Below are positions 20,435 to 31,952 of a stretch of DNA of 64,000 nucleotides, piece after piece. Under the pieces are notes generated by a model. The model was not told the origin of the DNA. It was given only the letters and a program-made list of their open reading frames with translations, and ran no database searches. Each line of letters opens with the position of its first letter. Positions within the stretch are counted from its first letter, which is position 1. The DNA lies in assembly GCA_965206645.1 (NCBI GenBank), contig CBDBKE010000004.1:512001-576000 (forward strand), written 5' to 3'. A program made the position numbers and the translations under genes. This stretch comes from Terriglobia bacterium (GTDB lineage Bacteria; Acidobacteriota; Terriglobia; JAJPHL01; JAPKYU01).

Positions 20435-21304
20435 TTACATCGCAGCCTGGGGCTGTGAAACTGGTTTCAGTGGCAGGGGAGGGCTATAGGCCCCCGGCGC
20501 CGGGGGCCTATAGCCGAGCGCCGAGTGCGGCCGCACCGTGTTGTATTGCACCCTCCACTGTTCAATCACCACCTGTGCCTCCTTCAACGAGTAGAAGATC
20601 TCTCCATTCAGGCATTCGTCCCGCAGCTTCCCATTGAAACTCTCGCAGTACCCGTTCTCCCAGGGACTGCCCGGTTCGATGTACAGTGTCCCGGTCCCTA
20701 GATTTGCCAACCACTGGCGCAGTTGTTTGGCGATGAACTCGGGACCATTGTCGGATCGAATCTGTTCCGGTATCCCTCGCCACAACATCACGTCCGACAA
20801 CGCCTCAATGATTTGTTGGCTGCCCATCCTCCGCTCCACCCGGATCGCCAGGCATTCCCGCGTGTACTCATCCAGCAAGGTCAGCAGCCGCAGCGTTCTC
20901 CCCTCGTGCGTTCTGGCACTCATGAAGTCGTAGCTCCACACGTGGTTCGGTCGCTCCGGCCTCAGTCGTACACAGGAACCGTCGTTCAGCCACAGCCGTC
21001 CTCGCGGCCTTTGTTTTTGCGGCACTTTCAGCCCTTCCCGCCGCCAAATCCGCTGCACCCGGTCCTTGCCCACTTCCCAGCCCGCACTCCGCAGCAACGC
21101 TGTGATCCTCCGGTAGCCATATCGCCCGTACTTCGCTCCCAGGGCAATGATCGCTCGGGTCAGAGCATCCTCGTCCACCCGATGAATCGGCTCGTATCGT
21201 TGTGTCCCTCGCCATTGCCCCAGCAGCCGGCAGCCATGCCGTTCCGACAACCCGTGTTGCTCCCACGCACGCTCCACCGCACAACGCCGCCGCTCAGGGC
21301 TCAG
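20435..21304 (-). CDS. IS3 transposase OrfB
   Basis: DDE motifs as in copy 1. Confidence 0.92.
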   Translation of the reverse strand: MSPERRRCAVERAWEQHGLSERHGCRLLGQWRGTQRYEPIHRVDEDALTRAIIALGAKYGRYGYRRITALLRSAGWEVGKDRVQRIWRREGLKVPQKQRPRGRLWLNDGSCVRLRPERPNHVWSYDFMSARTHEGRTLRLLTLLDEYTRECLAIRVERRMGSQQIIEALSDVMLWRGIPEQIRSDNGPEFIAKQLRQWLANLGTGTLYIEPGSPWENGYCESFNGKLRDECLNGEIFYSLKEAQVVIEQWRVQYNTVRPHSALGYRPPAPGAYSPPLPLKPVSQPQAAM

Positions 21305-21579
21305 AAGTTTCCCTGTGCCACATCCCGCAGCACCTGCTTCTCCAGAGAAAGCTCCGCTACCAACCGCTTCAGCCGCGTGTTTTCCTTCTCCAACTCCTTT
21401 AGCCGTTTTGCCTGCACCACCTTCAGCCCGCCGTATTCCTTCCGCCACCGGTAGTAGGTTTGGGTGTGGATTCCAGCTTCTTTGCAGGCTTGGGGCGCAG
21501 TCTTCCCGTTCCCCATCTGCACTTCTATCTGCCGTAGCACCGCTACAATCTGCTCCGGCTTGTAACTCCTTGTCGGCAT
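21301..21579 (-). CDS. IS3 transposase OrfA
   Basis: Identical protein to 8968..9246. Confidence 0.92.
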   Translation of the reverse strand: MPTRSYKPEQIVAVLRQIEVQMGNGKTAPQACKEAGIHTQTYYRWRKEYGGLKVVQAKRLKELEKENTRLKRLVAELSLEKQVLRDVAQGNF

Positions 21580-21856
21580 GACCTCACTTCCTCCTCAAGT
21601 GGATTCTCTCTCTTTCCACTTGGTACAAAAAGTGCCGGTCAGGTCAGCACCTACATCAAGGACATGCCGAAGTCTGTGCTTGCCATTCTTCGGGCCGCTG
21701 TGGAAGAGCACGCAAAGCCAAGCGGTAGGTCCACTGAGGGGAGCTTGGTTTCCGGCTCCAAATGAGTGGGCGGCACCCTATCTTCTGCGATGCTGGTGCG
21801 TCATGCTTTCTGCAGGCAAGCGTCCACGTTCATGACAGGCCTTCCTGAAGGCGGGT

Positions 21857-22762
21857 CTAATCCGATTGTCCATGTTTTTCCGGGAACAAGGCCATCTGTT
21901 CAGCGGGCTCTATCGGCGTTACAGCTTTATGATAGGCCCTGTTCATAAGAGCAGGAGCTTCGGGATGATCCGTCGCGTGAATCATGTAATACATCACGCT
22001 CCTACTCTGTCGTTCATAAATCGGCCAGGCCTTGACTGATCTGTAGCCGAGTTCTTCTCTGAAACGATCTACGAACGCCTCTGAACGGAGCAGACCTTGC
22101 TTATTCAAGATCTGCTCTTTCCAGTCCTCTCGTCCCCACCATTTCAGCAGTACGGAATCGGGTTTATTCAGGCCAGATATCGCTCTGTTTAGCCAGGAAT
22201 GTGGCAGAAAATAGAAAAGTTCTATCTTGTGTCCGGAAGATTTGAAGCTTGCAATTGAAGCCACGGTCGACCAGTGACATTCGAAGGTCCGTTGATCCAA
22301 CAGACAAAAGGCCGCTTCTTTCGCTGGGATTTGGTCGGGATTGAGAATCTCGGCGATAAGGTTGTTGAAGTCGCCCAAGTAAATCTTTACGTCCCTCTTG
22401 GGCTCAAGTCGGATCTTGTCCCTTCCCGGCTGGCTGTCTCTTAGATCAAGGAGCGCTTTGTAGCTGGTGGGATCGATTTCGAAGAGGTGAAAATGGCGTA
22501 ACCAACGCGGCCTACTTTCCAACACCAATTTCGCGGCCCACATAGAAGGGGCATCTTTCTTCTGTGGGTCAGCAAAGCCGTCGATGTAAGTTCCGTGCTT
22601 TGTAATGAGAACGAAGTAATACAGGTAGCGTTCGATCATCTTCGCCTTATTTTCGGTCCAGATGGGGTACTTAAGACGACGGGTTGGCTGTTCCCTAGGC
22701 TGCTCCTTCCAGTCAGACGTTAGTTCGAAAAGGTATCGATCATCAGTTTCATCGCTCCCCAC
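21857..22762 (-). CDS. tcmP: three-Cys-motif partner protein TcmP (methyltransferase-like fold)
   Basis: WTENKAKMIERYL, YIDGFA, LFEID, GDFN, FCLLDQ, YYMIHAT.H motifs; adjacent to the DUF5131 gene. Confidence 0.8.
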   Translation of the reverse strand: MGSDETDDRYLFELTSDWKEQPREQPTRRLKYPIWTENKAKMIERYLYYFVLITKHGTYIDGFADPQKKDAPSMWAAKLVLESRPRWLRHFHLFEIDPTSYKALLDLRDSQPGRDKIRLEPKRDVKIYLGDFNNLIAEILNPDQIPAKEAAFCLLDQRTFECHWSTVASIASFKSSGHKIELFYFLPHSWLNRAISGLNKPDSVLLKWWGREDWKEQILNKQGLLRSEAFVDRFREELGYRSVKAWPIYERQSRSVMYYMIHATDHPEAPALMNRAYHKAVTPIEPAEQMALFPEKHGQSD

Positions 22763-22792
22763 GGTCTTCCAGCTCCAATCACCACACGTTCG

Positions 22793-23611
22793 TTAAGCGG
22801 GCTCTTCTTGCCAGTCGAGACTAAGCGCTGAACTCCAACTATCGAGGAGTCTCCTGCGTTCGGTCCGGTCGGGAATCGGAACGATAAGCCTATCCGGCAG
22901 TTGGTTGTAGGTCCGGCCGTTAAGGGAACGACCTCTCTTCGACTTCTGAAATCCCCCCCACTGTTTGAAAAAGAAGGGAACAACAGCATCCTCACATTGA
23001 CATCTGATTGATTCAACCCATTCCTTGCTCATCCGGCGCGCACCAGGACCGCTCTCACCTCCAACAATGACCCATCCAATACCATCCAGATCCAGTCGCC
23101 CGACATCCGTCAGAAGCGGTTCGATCGAAAGGAAACGGATTCGGGCGCCTGTGGCCCGGAGATGTTCAATGCGCGGTACACCATGATCTCGATCTTCAAC
23201 ACTGACTCCCCACCAGATATGATCTGCTCCCGTCCGATCAAATCGTGGACCGTTCAAGAAATCACGCATACGTACTGATCTTTTCGTTAGAACTTGGTAG
23301 GTATGCCATTTCGCCAGTTTCATAACAGCAATGACTGATTCGATGTATTCATCTGGCACACCATCCTGGAAGAGATCGCTCATCGAATTCACGAATACGG
23401 TTTTCGGAGAAGTCCACTTGAGGGGTTCCAAGAGCTTTTCGGGGATCAGCCTGAGATCAAAGCCCTGTTCGTACGGGTGATCAGGAACGCCGCGGAAGCG
23501 TTCAGCAAACGTCTCAGCGTAACAGTGCTTGCAACCGGGACTTATCTTTGTGCATCCCCTCACGGGGTTCCAGGTCGCGTCAGTCCATTCGATCTTCGAT
23601 GTGCCAGACAT
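22793..23611 (-). CDS. DUF5131 / phage Gp37-Gp68 family protein (radical-SAM-like three-Cys motif)
   Basis: SKIEWTDATWNPVRGCTKISPGCKHCYAE, FVNSMSDLF, LTKR, FLSIEPLL, WVIVGGESG, FFFKQWGG. Confidence 0.9.
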   Translation of the reverse strand: MSGTSKIEWTDATWNPVRGCTKISPGCKHCYAETFAERFRGVPDHPYEQGFDLRLIPEKLLEPLKWTSPKTVFVNSMSDLFQDGVPDEYIESVIAVMKLAKWHTYQVLTKRSVRMRDFLNGPRFDRTGADHIWWGVSVEDRDHGVPRIEHLRATGARIRFLSIEPLLTDVGRLDLDGIGWVIVGGESGPGARRMSKEWVESIRCQCEDAVVPFFFKQWGGFQKSKRGRSLNGRTYNQLPDRLIVPIPDRTERRRLLDSWSSALSLDWQEEPA

Positions 23612-23721
23612 CTTCAATCGCTCCTATATCTCAAGGATTCTGAACAACACTCCCAACTCATAGCAAGACAGTGGTGTAGTGCTTTGATTGCTGCGGTCAG
23701 GCTGCTTTATACATTGTCTCA

Positions 23722-25769
23722 CTACTCGACCCCCAGACTCTTGAACGCCGCATCCCGGGGATCGGAGTAGAAGCTGGTCTGAAACGTCGCGAACAACTCT
23801 CCGGGAATGGTCGGGATGTCCCCTACACTGGCCATGGGAAGCAGGATCTTCTTCGCGCCGGCGTCAAACGCTACTTGAAGTGACTCGGCCAAAGCTTCAA
23901 CTGGAATGATGCTGCCGCCGAGGCTCATGCTCCCCAGCACGACCATTTGTGATTGAATCGGCTTACCGAGGATGCCGGAACAAAGAGCCACAAATGCTGC
24001 AAGCGTCATTGCCGTAGTCGAGCCCGTGTTCTGAAGTTCAACCACATGCAAGTGCAAGTTGTGATCACCGGGTTTTGCCGAGGCACTGACCGAAGAGGCG
24101 TTGGCTTTGAAATAGTCGAAGCCGACCTTGATACTTTCCTTTGCTGTGGTACTAGACCCCACGCCCGACAGTGTGAACTTGCCGTTTCCAGCTGTGATCT
24201 GTGTCTCGATCCGGTAGACACCGAGGTGCCCACTGCTAGCGGTTGCGACGGTGTGAAGTACGCCCGGGTTGAGCGGGCCGTCGGGTATGAGGGCGCCTCC
24301 ACCCTGCTCAGGAACGCTGATAAACCGTTCCTCCAGCGTTTCCGGGTCGATGTAGGAAAAGTGGACATCGTAAAACTCCATCCCACCGATCTTTTTCAAC
24401 TGCTCTTTGACCCTTCGCCGCGTCTCAAGGGCGTATTCCAGGCAGCGCCGCACTGCTTCCCTGTCGTACTCTTCGTTGGGGTAGAGAAGCTTAAGCAGGC
24501 CAGAGACGGTGTGCTTGACCGCGATGGTATCCCGTTGATTCAGATCCCGGCCTGGCTTGAAGTATTTCTGGATCGCATCGCCGAAGTTCCTCTTGCGCAT
24601 CTCACGGAGGAACGCAGCCAGATAGTCGACGATCAGCCCATACTGGTTCGTGAAAAACTCCGGACGCATCTCGGGATCTCCCAGCCTGGAATATAGGCGT
24701 GGAAGCGATCGAAAAATGCGGCGTCGATCATGGCCTCAGGAAACGGCGCAAAGAGATGACTTGTCTTGACCAGCGTGTCTACAGGCTGATTGATGTTGCC
24801 GACGAAGACCATCGACGCATCGGCGTTCACCTGATCGCGACCCCGGGCAAATGATCCAGACGCCATATAGTCCTTCATGATCTGGACGCCCGCATTGTCC
24901 TTGAAGCTGATTCCGGCGACCTCGTCGAAGGCTACTACATCCCACAGCCCGACCAGCCCCACGGTTCGGCTGGCCAAGTTGTAAAACAGGTTCGCAACGG
25001 TGGTATGCCCCCCGGAGACAAGAATGCTGTTCGGACTGATTTCCTTGTAGATATGGCTCTTTCCGGTTCCCCTCGGACCCAACTCGCAGACGTTGTAGTT
25101 GTTCTCCACCAGCGGTACAAGACGGCACAGCAGGTGCCACTTCGTACGCTCATCGAACTGCGTCGGCTCATATCCGCAGGAACGCAACAACACATCAATC
25201 CATTGCGTCTCGGTAAACTGACGCCGCCCGGCGAACAGTTCGTCCATATCCATGTTCGGCATCTGGATTGGATTGAGCACATCGATAATGAAAGGCGATC
25301 CTTTTTGCCCCTCCTCAAACAAATAGTGCATTGTAATGATCGACCAGATCCCACCAGCCAGTAACTTCTCGTATTTTCGGACCGTCTCCGTACCGATTTC
25401 GACGCCCTTCGTTCCCAGGTTCGACAAAAGCGCTTCATAGATATCCCGTTTTTCATTCAGCTTGACCGTGACCTTATCGATGACCTTTAGGCTTCCCCGT
25501 TCGCGGATGGTGGATTTTACCTTTTCAGCCTCGTCTGCCCGCACGTAGTTTTCGGTGAGGATCCGCTTCACCGTAGCCAGGCCGTCCTCGATCACGACCG
25601 AGTCATTGGAGGCGCAGTAGTTACCCAGCAGATACTCGAGGACATAGACGGGAACATTCGCGCCTTCCTTGACCAGTTTGGTCAGGTCCTTACGCACGAC
25701 GCGGCCAGCGAAATGCGCATTGAGCAGATCGTCGAGATTGGGATCGGTTGCGGCAGTATTAAAATTCAT
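23722..25769 (-). CDS. brxL: BREX Lon-like protease BrxL (1-nt deletion frameshift near 24670)
   Basis: GRVVRKDLT, NVPVYVLEYLLG, ELGPRGTGKSH, VAFDEVAG, DRFHAYIPGWEIP/MRPEFFT, Lon C-terminal GAKKILLP. One base is missing at WEIP(K)M. Confidence 0.9.
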
Positions 25770-28368
25770 CAGTAATGGCTCTGTCGATAATTACGTCCAG
25801 GCTCTCCTGCTCGATGCCCGTATCGGCATCCCGGAGAACCAGCCGGTATGGCGTACGTTTGTCGTACGGTCTGTCTCGCAGGACCAGGATCACAGATTTC
25901 TGCCGCTCATCGAGGTTTGAGGACGTACTGTTAAATGTCACCGACTCGATGGTGGTGACGGGCTCATTGCCCTCGTACACGGCGATCTTGAGTGTCACGG
26001 CCTTGACCCGCTCACTCACCGGCTCCATCTGCAACACGTTGAAGCGGTGCTTGGGAGCTGTGATCTTGTGTGTCCTTCCGAGCACTTGCACCGCGACATG
26101 CTTTGACTGAGTTTTCTCGCGGTGGCCCTTGTCCTTGAGATGCTTCACCTTGATGACAGGCACTACAATTTCCTGAAGCATCGCGCCGCCATGAACGAAG
26201 CGCGCGCCGCCAGTGAAATGGAAGCGGTTATTGCCCTTGGGAACCCAGAATTGCATCCCGCCCTCAGCCTCAGCGGTCACGGTCGTATCACCCCGCCATG
26301 CCTGCTCGTGAGGCGACAGATCGTAGCCCAGGAGGTATCGTTTCTTCGCGATGACCGTGCCGTCTGGCTTGTCCTCCAGCCTGCTCTTGTCCGGGGTGCC
26401 CGGCGCCGTTTCGGTGAACAGAAAACCATGGTCCGCTGTGATCACTACATAATTGCAGTTGAGATTATTGACGACATAGCGGACGAGATCGGCCAGTTCC
26501 CGGATCGTCTTTCTGACGGCCTCAAACGTATCCCCTTCTGTGGCGGCTTTGTCGCCGCGTGCGTCAATCTCGTCATGGTAGATGTAGACGAGGCGCTTGC
26601 CGGCAATGAACTTCCTGCCTTCTTCCTTCTTCATCGCGAGTAGCTGATCGGCTTTCACAGCCATGCCGCCCCGAGTGCTCAGGATCCCGTTGCGCTGTTC
26701 AAGAGATGCCGTTGGTTTCCCGTCGGCCAGGACATCCCCCTTCTCCGTATATTCGAGTTTCGAGTGCGGCAGGAGGCTCGCCATGCCCAGGGCGGTATAG
26801 GAAGGCAAAACACCCAACTGGGACGACAACTTGGCCTGGACCCGGTAGGTGCCATTCAGATAACTCGTCAGCTCTTCCGCGACTTCATAGCGCATGGCAT
26901 CGCTGATAATAACGAAGGCCCGTCGGTTATCGGCTTCGTTCAGCCACGGGCCAACGTGTCGGTCAAAGAAGCGGTATTGATTCTGCACGTCATCGACCGC
27001 CCACCGCTCGGGTAGTTCCGCATCCACGAACTTGCCCCAGGCGAGCGCAATGGGGGTGAGGTACCCATTGCAGTAGCAGGCCTCGATCTCTTCTCGAAGC
27101 GGCTTCAGCATATCCCAGCCCTGTCCGGCGGCCACATCGGCGTTCTCGCAGAAATGCCGGTATAGCTGGTCAAAGCGAAACAGCTTGGATTCGTAATCCT
27201 TATACATCGCTGCCATATCAGGAGAGTCGAAGCCCGCCTCATGCGTGTTGCGCAGATGCAGGAGCTGCGCGGCGACCGCTAACGCTTTGTATACGGCGCG
27301 GCGGGCGTTCCGTTGGACCTCGGGCACCGAGCCCGAAGATAGCCAGTGTCCGGCCTGTCTGCGGTCGACGATGCTGCTGACAGCCTCGAGATCAATCGCA
27401 TCGGTAGTTGAGGTCACACGGTCCAGCAATCCCTGCACAATACTTTTCTCCACATCAAGAAAAGTCGGCACATCAAGAAGAGCCTCAACCTCACAACCGT
27501 GCAGATGATCCGGTATATGCAGGCGCGCCCCGACCTCATCCGCTAACACGTTGTAGCTGCTACTCTTGCTGCTGCTGTCTCTCCATTGGGCTAGGCAGAC
27601 CACGGCATTCGCAGTGCCGGAACGTGGCAATTGGAGGTGCTGCAGCGCACCGGGTAGTTCCTTCGGAAGATGGTGAGCGTAATCCGACACCAGCAGCCGG
27701 ATAAGTAAATTCTGCAGGGTTGGGCTGTCCTCGTCGTACCCGAAGGCGGACTTGACCATCGCCCAGAAAGGCTCGTCGAGTTCGAATCTTTCGATCTGGG
27801 CCCAGGCCAGGAGAGCGGCTTCGAGATCGGGTGCATCACCCTCGGTCATAGAGTGGAACAGTGTTCGAACGATGTTGAATAACTCGGGCTGGTCGGCTTT
27901 CGCGACGACCGCCAGCATCTTGCGGTCGAGATCGAGTTCCGAGTCTTCGGGAGAGACGAAGCTCGTCAGGTTATGCAGCCGCTCTTTGTTATCAAAAAAC
28001 TTCCGGCGCTTCGCAAGATGCTGGCGAAGATACTGGTGAACCAGGCCGAGTTCCTGCAGGATGATGGAGGAACGGTCTGCCCGGAAACTGCGACTGTACA
28101 ACCGCATGTCCAGCAGCCAGTCGTTTTCGTAGTCCGGCTCCTCAGCAGGTGAGTACAGCAGATATCGCCCAGCAGGATCGTCCTGTTCAATGCGAACCTT
28201 TGCTTCCAGTGCTCCAACGTCGTCGAGCTTGAGGACCTCTACGCCTTTGAGAGCGATGTCCGGTAGCGATCCGGCGAACTCGCCATCCGGATCGTTCCAG
28301 AAGACGATACGAACCTGTTCATCGTTAAATGCCTGGTCCAGGGAGGCGGTGATCTGTGCTACATCCAT
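25759..28368 (-). CDS. pglZ: BREX-1 phosphatase PglZ (type A)
   Basis: RIVFWND, IISDAMRYEVA, LPSYTALGMASLLP, ITADHGF, FVHGG. Confidence 0.93.
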   Translation of the reverse strand: MDVAQITASLDQAFNDEQVRIVFWNDPDGEFAGSLPDIALKGVEVLKLDDVGALEAKVRIEQDDPAGRYLLYSPAEEPDYENDWLLDMRLYSRSFRADRSSIILQELGLVHQYLRQHLAKRRKFFDNKERLHNLTSFVSPEDSELDLDRKMLAVVAKADQPELFNIVRTLFHSMTEGDAPDLEAALLAWAQIERFELDEPFWAMVKSAFGYDEDSPTLQNLLIRLLVSDYAHHLPKELPGALQHLQLPRSGTANAVVCLAQWRDSSSKSSSYNVLADEVGARLHIPDHLHGCEVEALLDVPTFLDVEKSIVQGLLDRVTSTTDAIDLEAVSSIVDRRQAGHWLSSGSVPEVQRNARRAVYKALAVAAQLLHLRNTHEAGFDSPDMAAMYKDYESKLFRFDQLYRHFCENADVAAGQGWDMLKPLREEIEACYCNGYLTPIALAWGKFVDAELPERWAVDDVQNQYRFFDRHVGPWLNEADNRRAFVIISDAMRYEVAEELTSYLNGTYRVQAKLSSQLGVLPSYTALGMASLLPHSKLEYTEKGDVLADGKPTASLEQRNGILSTRGGMAVKADQLLAMKKEEGRKFIAGKRLVYIYHDEIDARGDKAATEGDTFEAVRKTIRELADLVRYVVNNLNCNYVVITADHGFLFTETAPGTPDKSRLEDKPDGTVIAKKRYLLGYDLSPHEQAWRGDTTVTAEAEGGMQFWVPKGNNRFHFTGGARFVHGGAMLQEIVVPVIKVKHLKDKGHREKTQSKHVAVQVLGRTHKITAPKHRFNVLQMEPVSERVKAVTLKIAVYEGNEPVTTIESVTFNSTSSNLDERQKSVILVLRDRPYDKRTPYRLVLRDADTGIEQESLDVIIDRAITDEF

Positions 28369-31300
28369 CAGTCTGCCTTGGCTCCTGTAATCGCCTTCAC
28401 TTCGGCCAATAAATCGCCGAACTTGCCGTAATTGACCTTTACTCCATCGTCGAGATCGAGGCCGATGCGTTGGTCCGCATAATGGCGCAGCTTTTCGTCA
28501 AACTCCCGAAGCTCCGATTGTTGCTTGACCAGTGTCGCCCTCTCCTTCTCCAGCCGCTTGCGGTGAGCCGTCAAGGCTGTGGCGGCATCCTCCTCCAGCC
28601 GGCGAACACGGGAAGCCATCATGCCTTGCAGCGGGATCACGTACTCGGTACGCACTCGGGCCAGTGTGCCTTCGTTGTAGCGGTGCAGGTAGACGAGGCA
28701 CTGGAAAGCCTTCTGCTTGCCGCTCGAGAAGAGCCAGTAGATGGGTCGCTTCTTGTAGGTCTGCAGATGCTCCTTGAAGAAGCTGTCGCAGAGGTAGCGG
28801 CGAAGAGTCTCGCGGCTCGACTCGTTGTTCCTTGGTGAGAGGTTGTCGGCCAGGAAGGCAAGGTTCTCTTCGAAGCCGGACGCATCCCAGGCCGACGACA
28901 TGAACCCGATGAGGCGGTGGCAGGCATCGTCTTCGAACCACTCGGTGTCGGTGAGCGGGATAATCCCGTCTGAGTCGGCAGGGAACTTGGTGTAGCGAGT
29001 TGCATCGAAGTCCGCGTTGCCGCTGTGGGCGTAGATGAGGCCCGGCACGTCCAGGCTGTAGCGACCCATCATGCAGCCAATGGCATAGGAGACCAACTCT
29101 TTCATTGTGTCCTGGCGGAAAGCGAGTCCACCTCTTTTCTTCGGTGAGATTACCGCCGTAGCGGTAGGCCGGGTTCAGCGTCAGAGTAATCTGCTCGATG
29201 GGAACATCAGGGGTGAGTTCGTCTGCCAAACCGTAGGCGTCGATGAAGAGGCGATTGTTCTCCTCTTCGAGGCGCTTCATCTCGGCGATCGTGTTGCGGT
29301 TCCGCGTGACCCAGGCGGTGTAACTGGACTCAATGGTCGGTGTGGGTTCCGAGGATGCCGTCAGGATGGAGGGGGATTCGAAGTCCCACGAGGTTTCCCA
29401 AATATCCCAATCGGATTTGGCAAGTGCCACAAGCCGGTCGAAGACTGCATTCGGAACTGAAACATAAGGTAATTTCCGCAGGTGCTCGGCTTCATAGTTC
29501 AGGGTTGGCGATAGGGCTTTGAGGTAGTAGGCGGAGACTTTCGAGTTGAGTAATCCCGCAATCGCTGCCATATCTTCTCTGTTTTCTGGAAACAGGGCAG
29601 AACCAGCAACGTCGAAAATAAAACCAAATGGGTACAACCTGATCGAGAATGAGCCCGAGGAAATCTTTGACCAGCTTAATTGTTGTTTGAAGTAACAATT
29701 CTGATTCTTTAGCCGCCCCCCAGGACTTGTTTTGTTCAAGATGTCATGAAAGGCGCGTATTTCTTCGCCATCATTCTTGAAATTAACGACAACATCCTGA
29801 TTTCCGTACCAACGACGAAACTGTCCACCTTTGTTGTATGGGAACCACTTGCAGTCTGAGGCTGATGCTCGCTCTCGAGATTGGAATGTGAAGCCAATTT
29901 CAGTATTCGGAACTTCGGCCCAAAACCTCAAGAAGCGATCGTTGTCAGAAGTTGTAGCGCCCTGTTTGGGAACAGCGATTTGCTCGAGTAGGACTGATAG
30001 CGAGTAATTGTCCCTGGCTACTTGGCTCACCCAATAAGCCAGCGGACTGCCGAGGATTTTCTTGAACTCGTCCTGGGCGGCTTCAAAGAACCAACCGCAG
30101 TAGCGGTTTCGAATGGCCTCCAGTACCCTCGGTGCCTGGCTGTCCGAACCTCGGAAATCAGAGAGCCGGATGAAGCATCCTTTCTGCAAGGCCACATGGC
30201 CCCTCTGCAGCGTGAACGTACAGATGGGCACGGTCGCGCCCTCAAAACCAGAATATTCGAGTTGGACCAAAGAAGTGATCGTCTCCTCGTCGATAAGCCG
30301 TGTTCGCAGATGTTCATGACTTGAGATGAACATCCACACGAACGGCGACATGAAGCCCAAACGCCCATGCGGCTTGCTAAACGCGAGGTCACGGTCGATG
30401 AAGGCCGAGAACACGTCCTTTTCGTAACCCTTGTAATGGTCTTTCAGGAACTTCTTGAGGATCGGAATATGAAACTTACTTCCCATATACGGCGGATTCG
30501 CCACCACCGCGTCGTATTGTGCCGCCAGTATCTCGGCTTCCCGCACCAACAGCCCCAACCGCTTGAGTGCATCCGACACAAACAGATCCCGGCCAGTCAC
30601 TTCGCTCAGCTGCTTCAGCGACTGTAGCTTCGCCGCCAGTCCCTCCGGCACCTGGATTAGCGATCCGAAGGTAGTAGCATGCTCAAACAGCCGTTTCAGT
30701 TCCGTCAGGTCGCCTAGCTGAAGCCCGTAGTCGGCAAGCTTCACACGCTGAGCCAGCCGCTCTGCAACGAAGCCCGTGCTGTCCACGAGTGCCATCACGT
30801 TGAGTTTTATACCTCGCTCAAACAGCCGCCGGTCATCAGCCCGCCCCTTCATCATCAGAGCAAAGCCCGCGAGCTGCGCCGCCCGCCCGTCGATGTCGAG
30901 ACCGAAGAGGTTCTTCTCCAGGATCAGCTGAGCCACACCGCGCTTCTGGTAACCGCGCTCCAGGTAGATGGCCTTGAACAGATCATAAGCCTCCACCAGG
31001 ATGTGCCCGGAGCCACTGGCCGGGTCGATGAGGGTCAGTGCCTCGGGGTTGAGCGTGTCGGGCGTAATGGCAGCAAGTTGCGCGGTGACCTCGTCGCTCT
31101 GCTCGGCGGGCTCGATGTAGTAGTCCATCTGCCCTCTGATTGAGGAGTGCGGATAGGTCGCCAGCCACTGCGCCCCCAGCGAGTTCTGGACCATGTATTT
31201 CACAATCCAGTTGGGCGTGAAGAGTTGCGTCGCTGCCGGAATGTCTTCGGAGGCCACCACCTTGCCAATGACCTGGTCTTTCTTCTCCGAGATGTAGAAT

Positions 31301-31935
31301 TGGTAGAGCCAGCCGATGATCTCGATCTGCCCCCAGGCGCTCTCGTCAATGCCCTCAACCAGTTGACGGATCAACGAGTCGGTATGGAGCAGGTTGGCGG
31401 GCAGCAGCAACTCGGTCTCATCCCCGATGCGCTCAAAGAGAAAGGGCATTGCCTGGTGCAGGGCGTTGCACTGGGCCATGAGGAGCAGCCGGTAGAGCTC
31501 TTCGTCTTTGCTGCCGTCGAGCTTCAACTCCACAGCTTTCTCCCGGTCGAGGCCCGGCAGATCGACATCGGCAGCATGCTCAAGAATCTCTGGCTGGTCC
31601 TGTCCCTCGGGATGACTCAGAGCGCGGTAGCCGTGGTCCAGGTAACCGTGCAGCTCCATGTAACGTATGGCTGCGAAGCGGTTGAACCACGTATAGGCCA
31701 TTACCTCCATGACCTGCTCGAAGCCGTCGCGCCGGATCCGTTCTTCCAGGCGCTTGCGCGGTCCCGCCACATTGCGGGAAAAGGCATGTGCTCCGATCAG
31801 AGCCACATCGCCCTGCTCTACAATCGGCTCAATGCTTTTGGCGGTCAGGCCGTAAAACGCCGCTCGCCCGGTTACAGCCGCGATAAAATCGCGCCGGGCT
31901 TGTTGGGCATAGGCTTCGAGGTTGTTGCGATTCAT
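28368..31935 (-). CDS. pglX: BREX-1 adenine methyltransferase PglX (1-nt insertion frameshift near 29120)
   Basis: YTWFNR, IPAATQLFTP, DPASGSGH, NPPY, YNKGG, C-terminal YKKRPIYW and DLDDGVKVNY in the second frame. There is an extra T in TTT at WTRF(R)QDTM. Confidence 0.93.
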
Positions 31936-31952
31936 GCTGTATTGGCTTCGGT

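Larger units (their letters stand above)
20397..21646 (-). mobile_element. IS3-family insertion sequence, copy 2 (inverted relative to copy 1)
   Basis: Same 1250-bp sequence and ends as 8901..10150 apart from a few SNPs. Confidence 0.95.
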
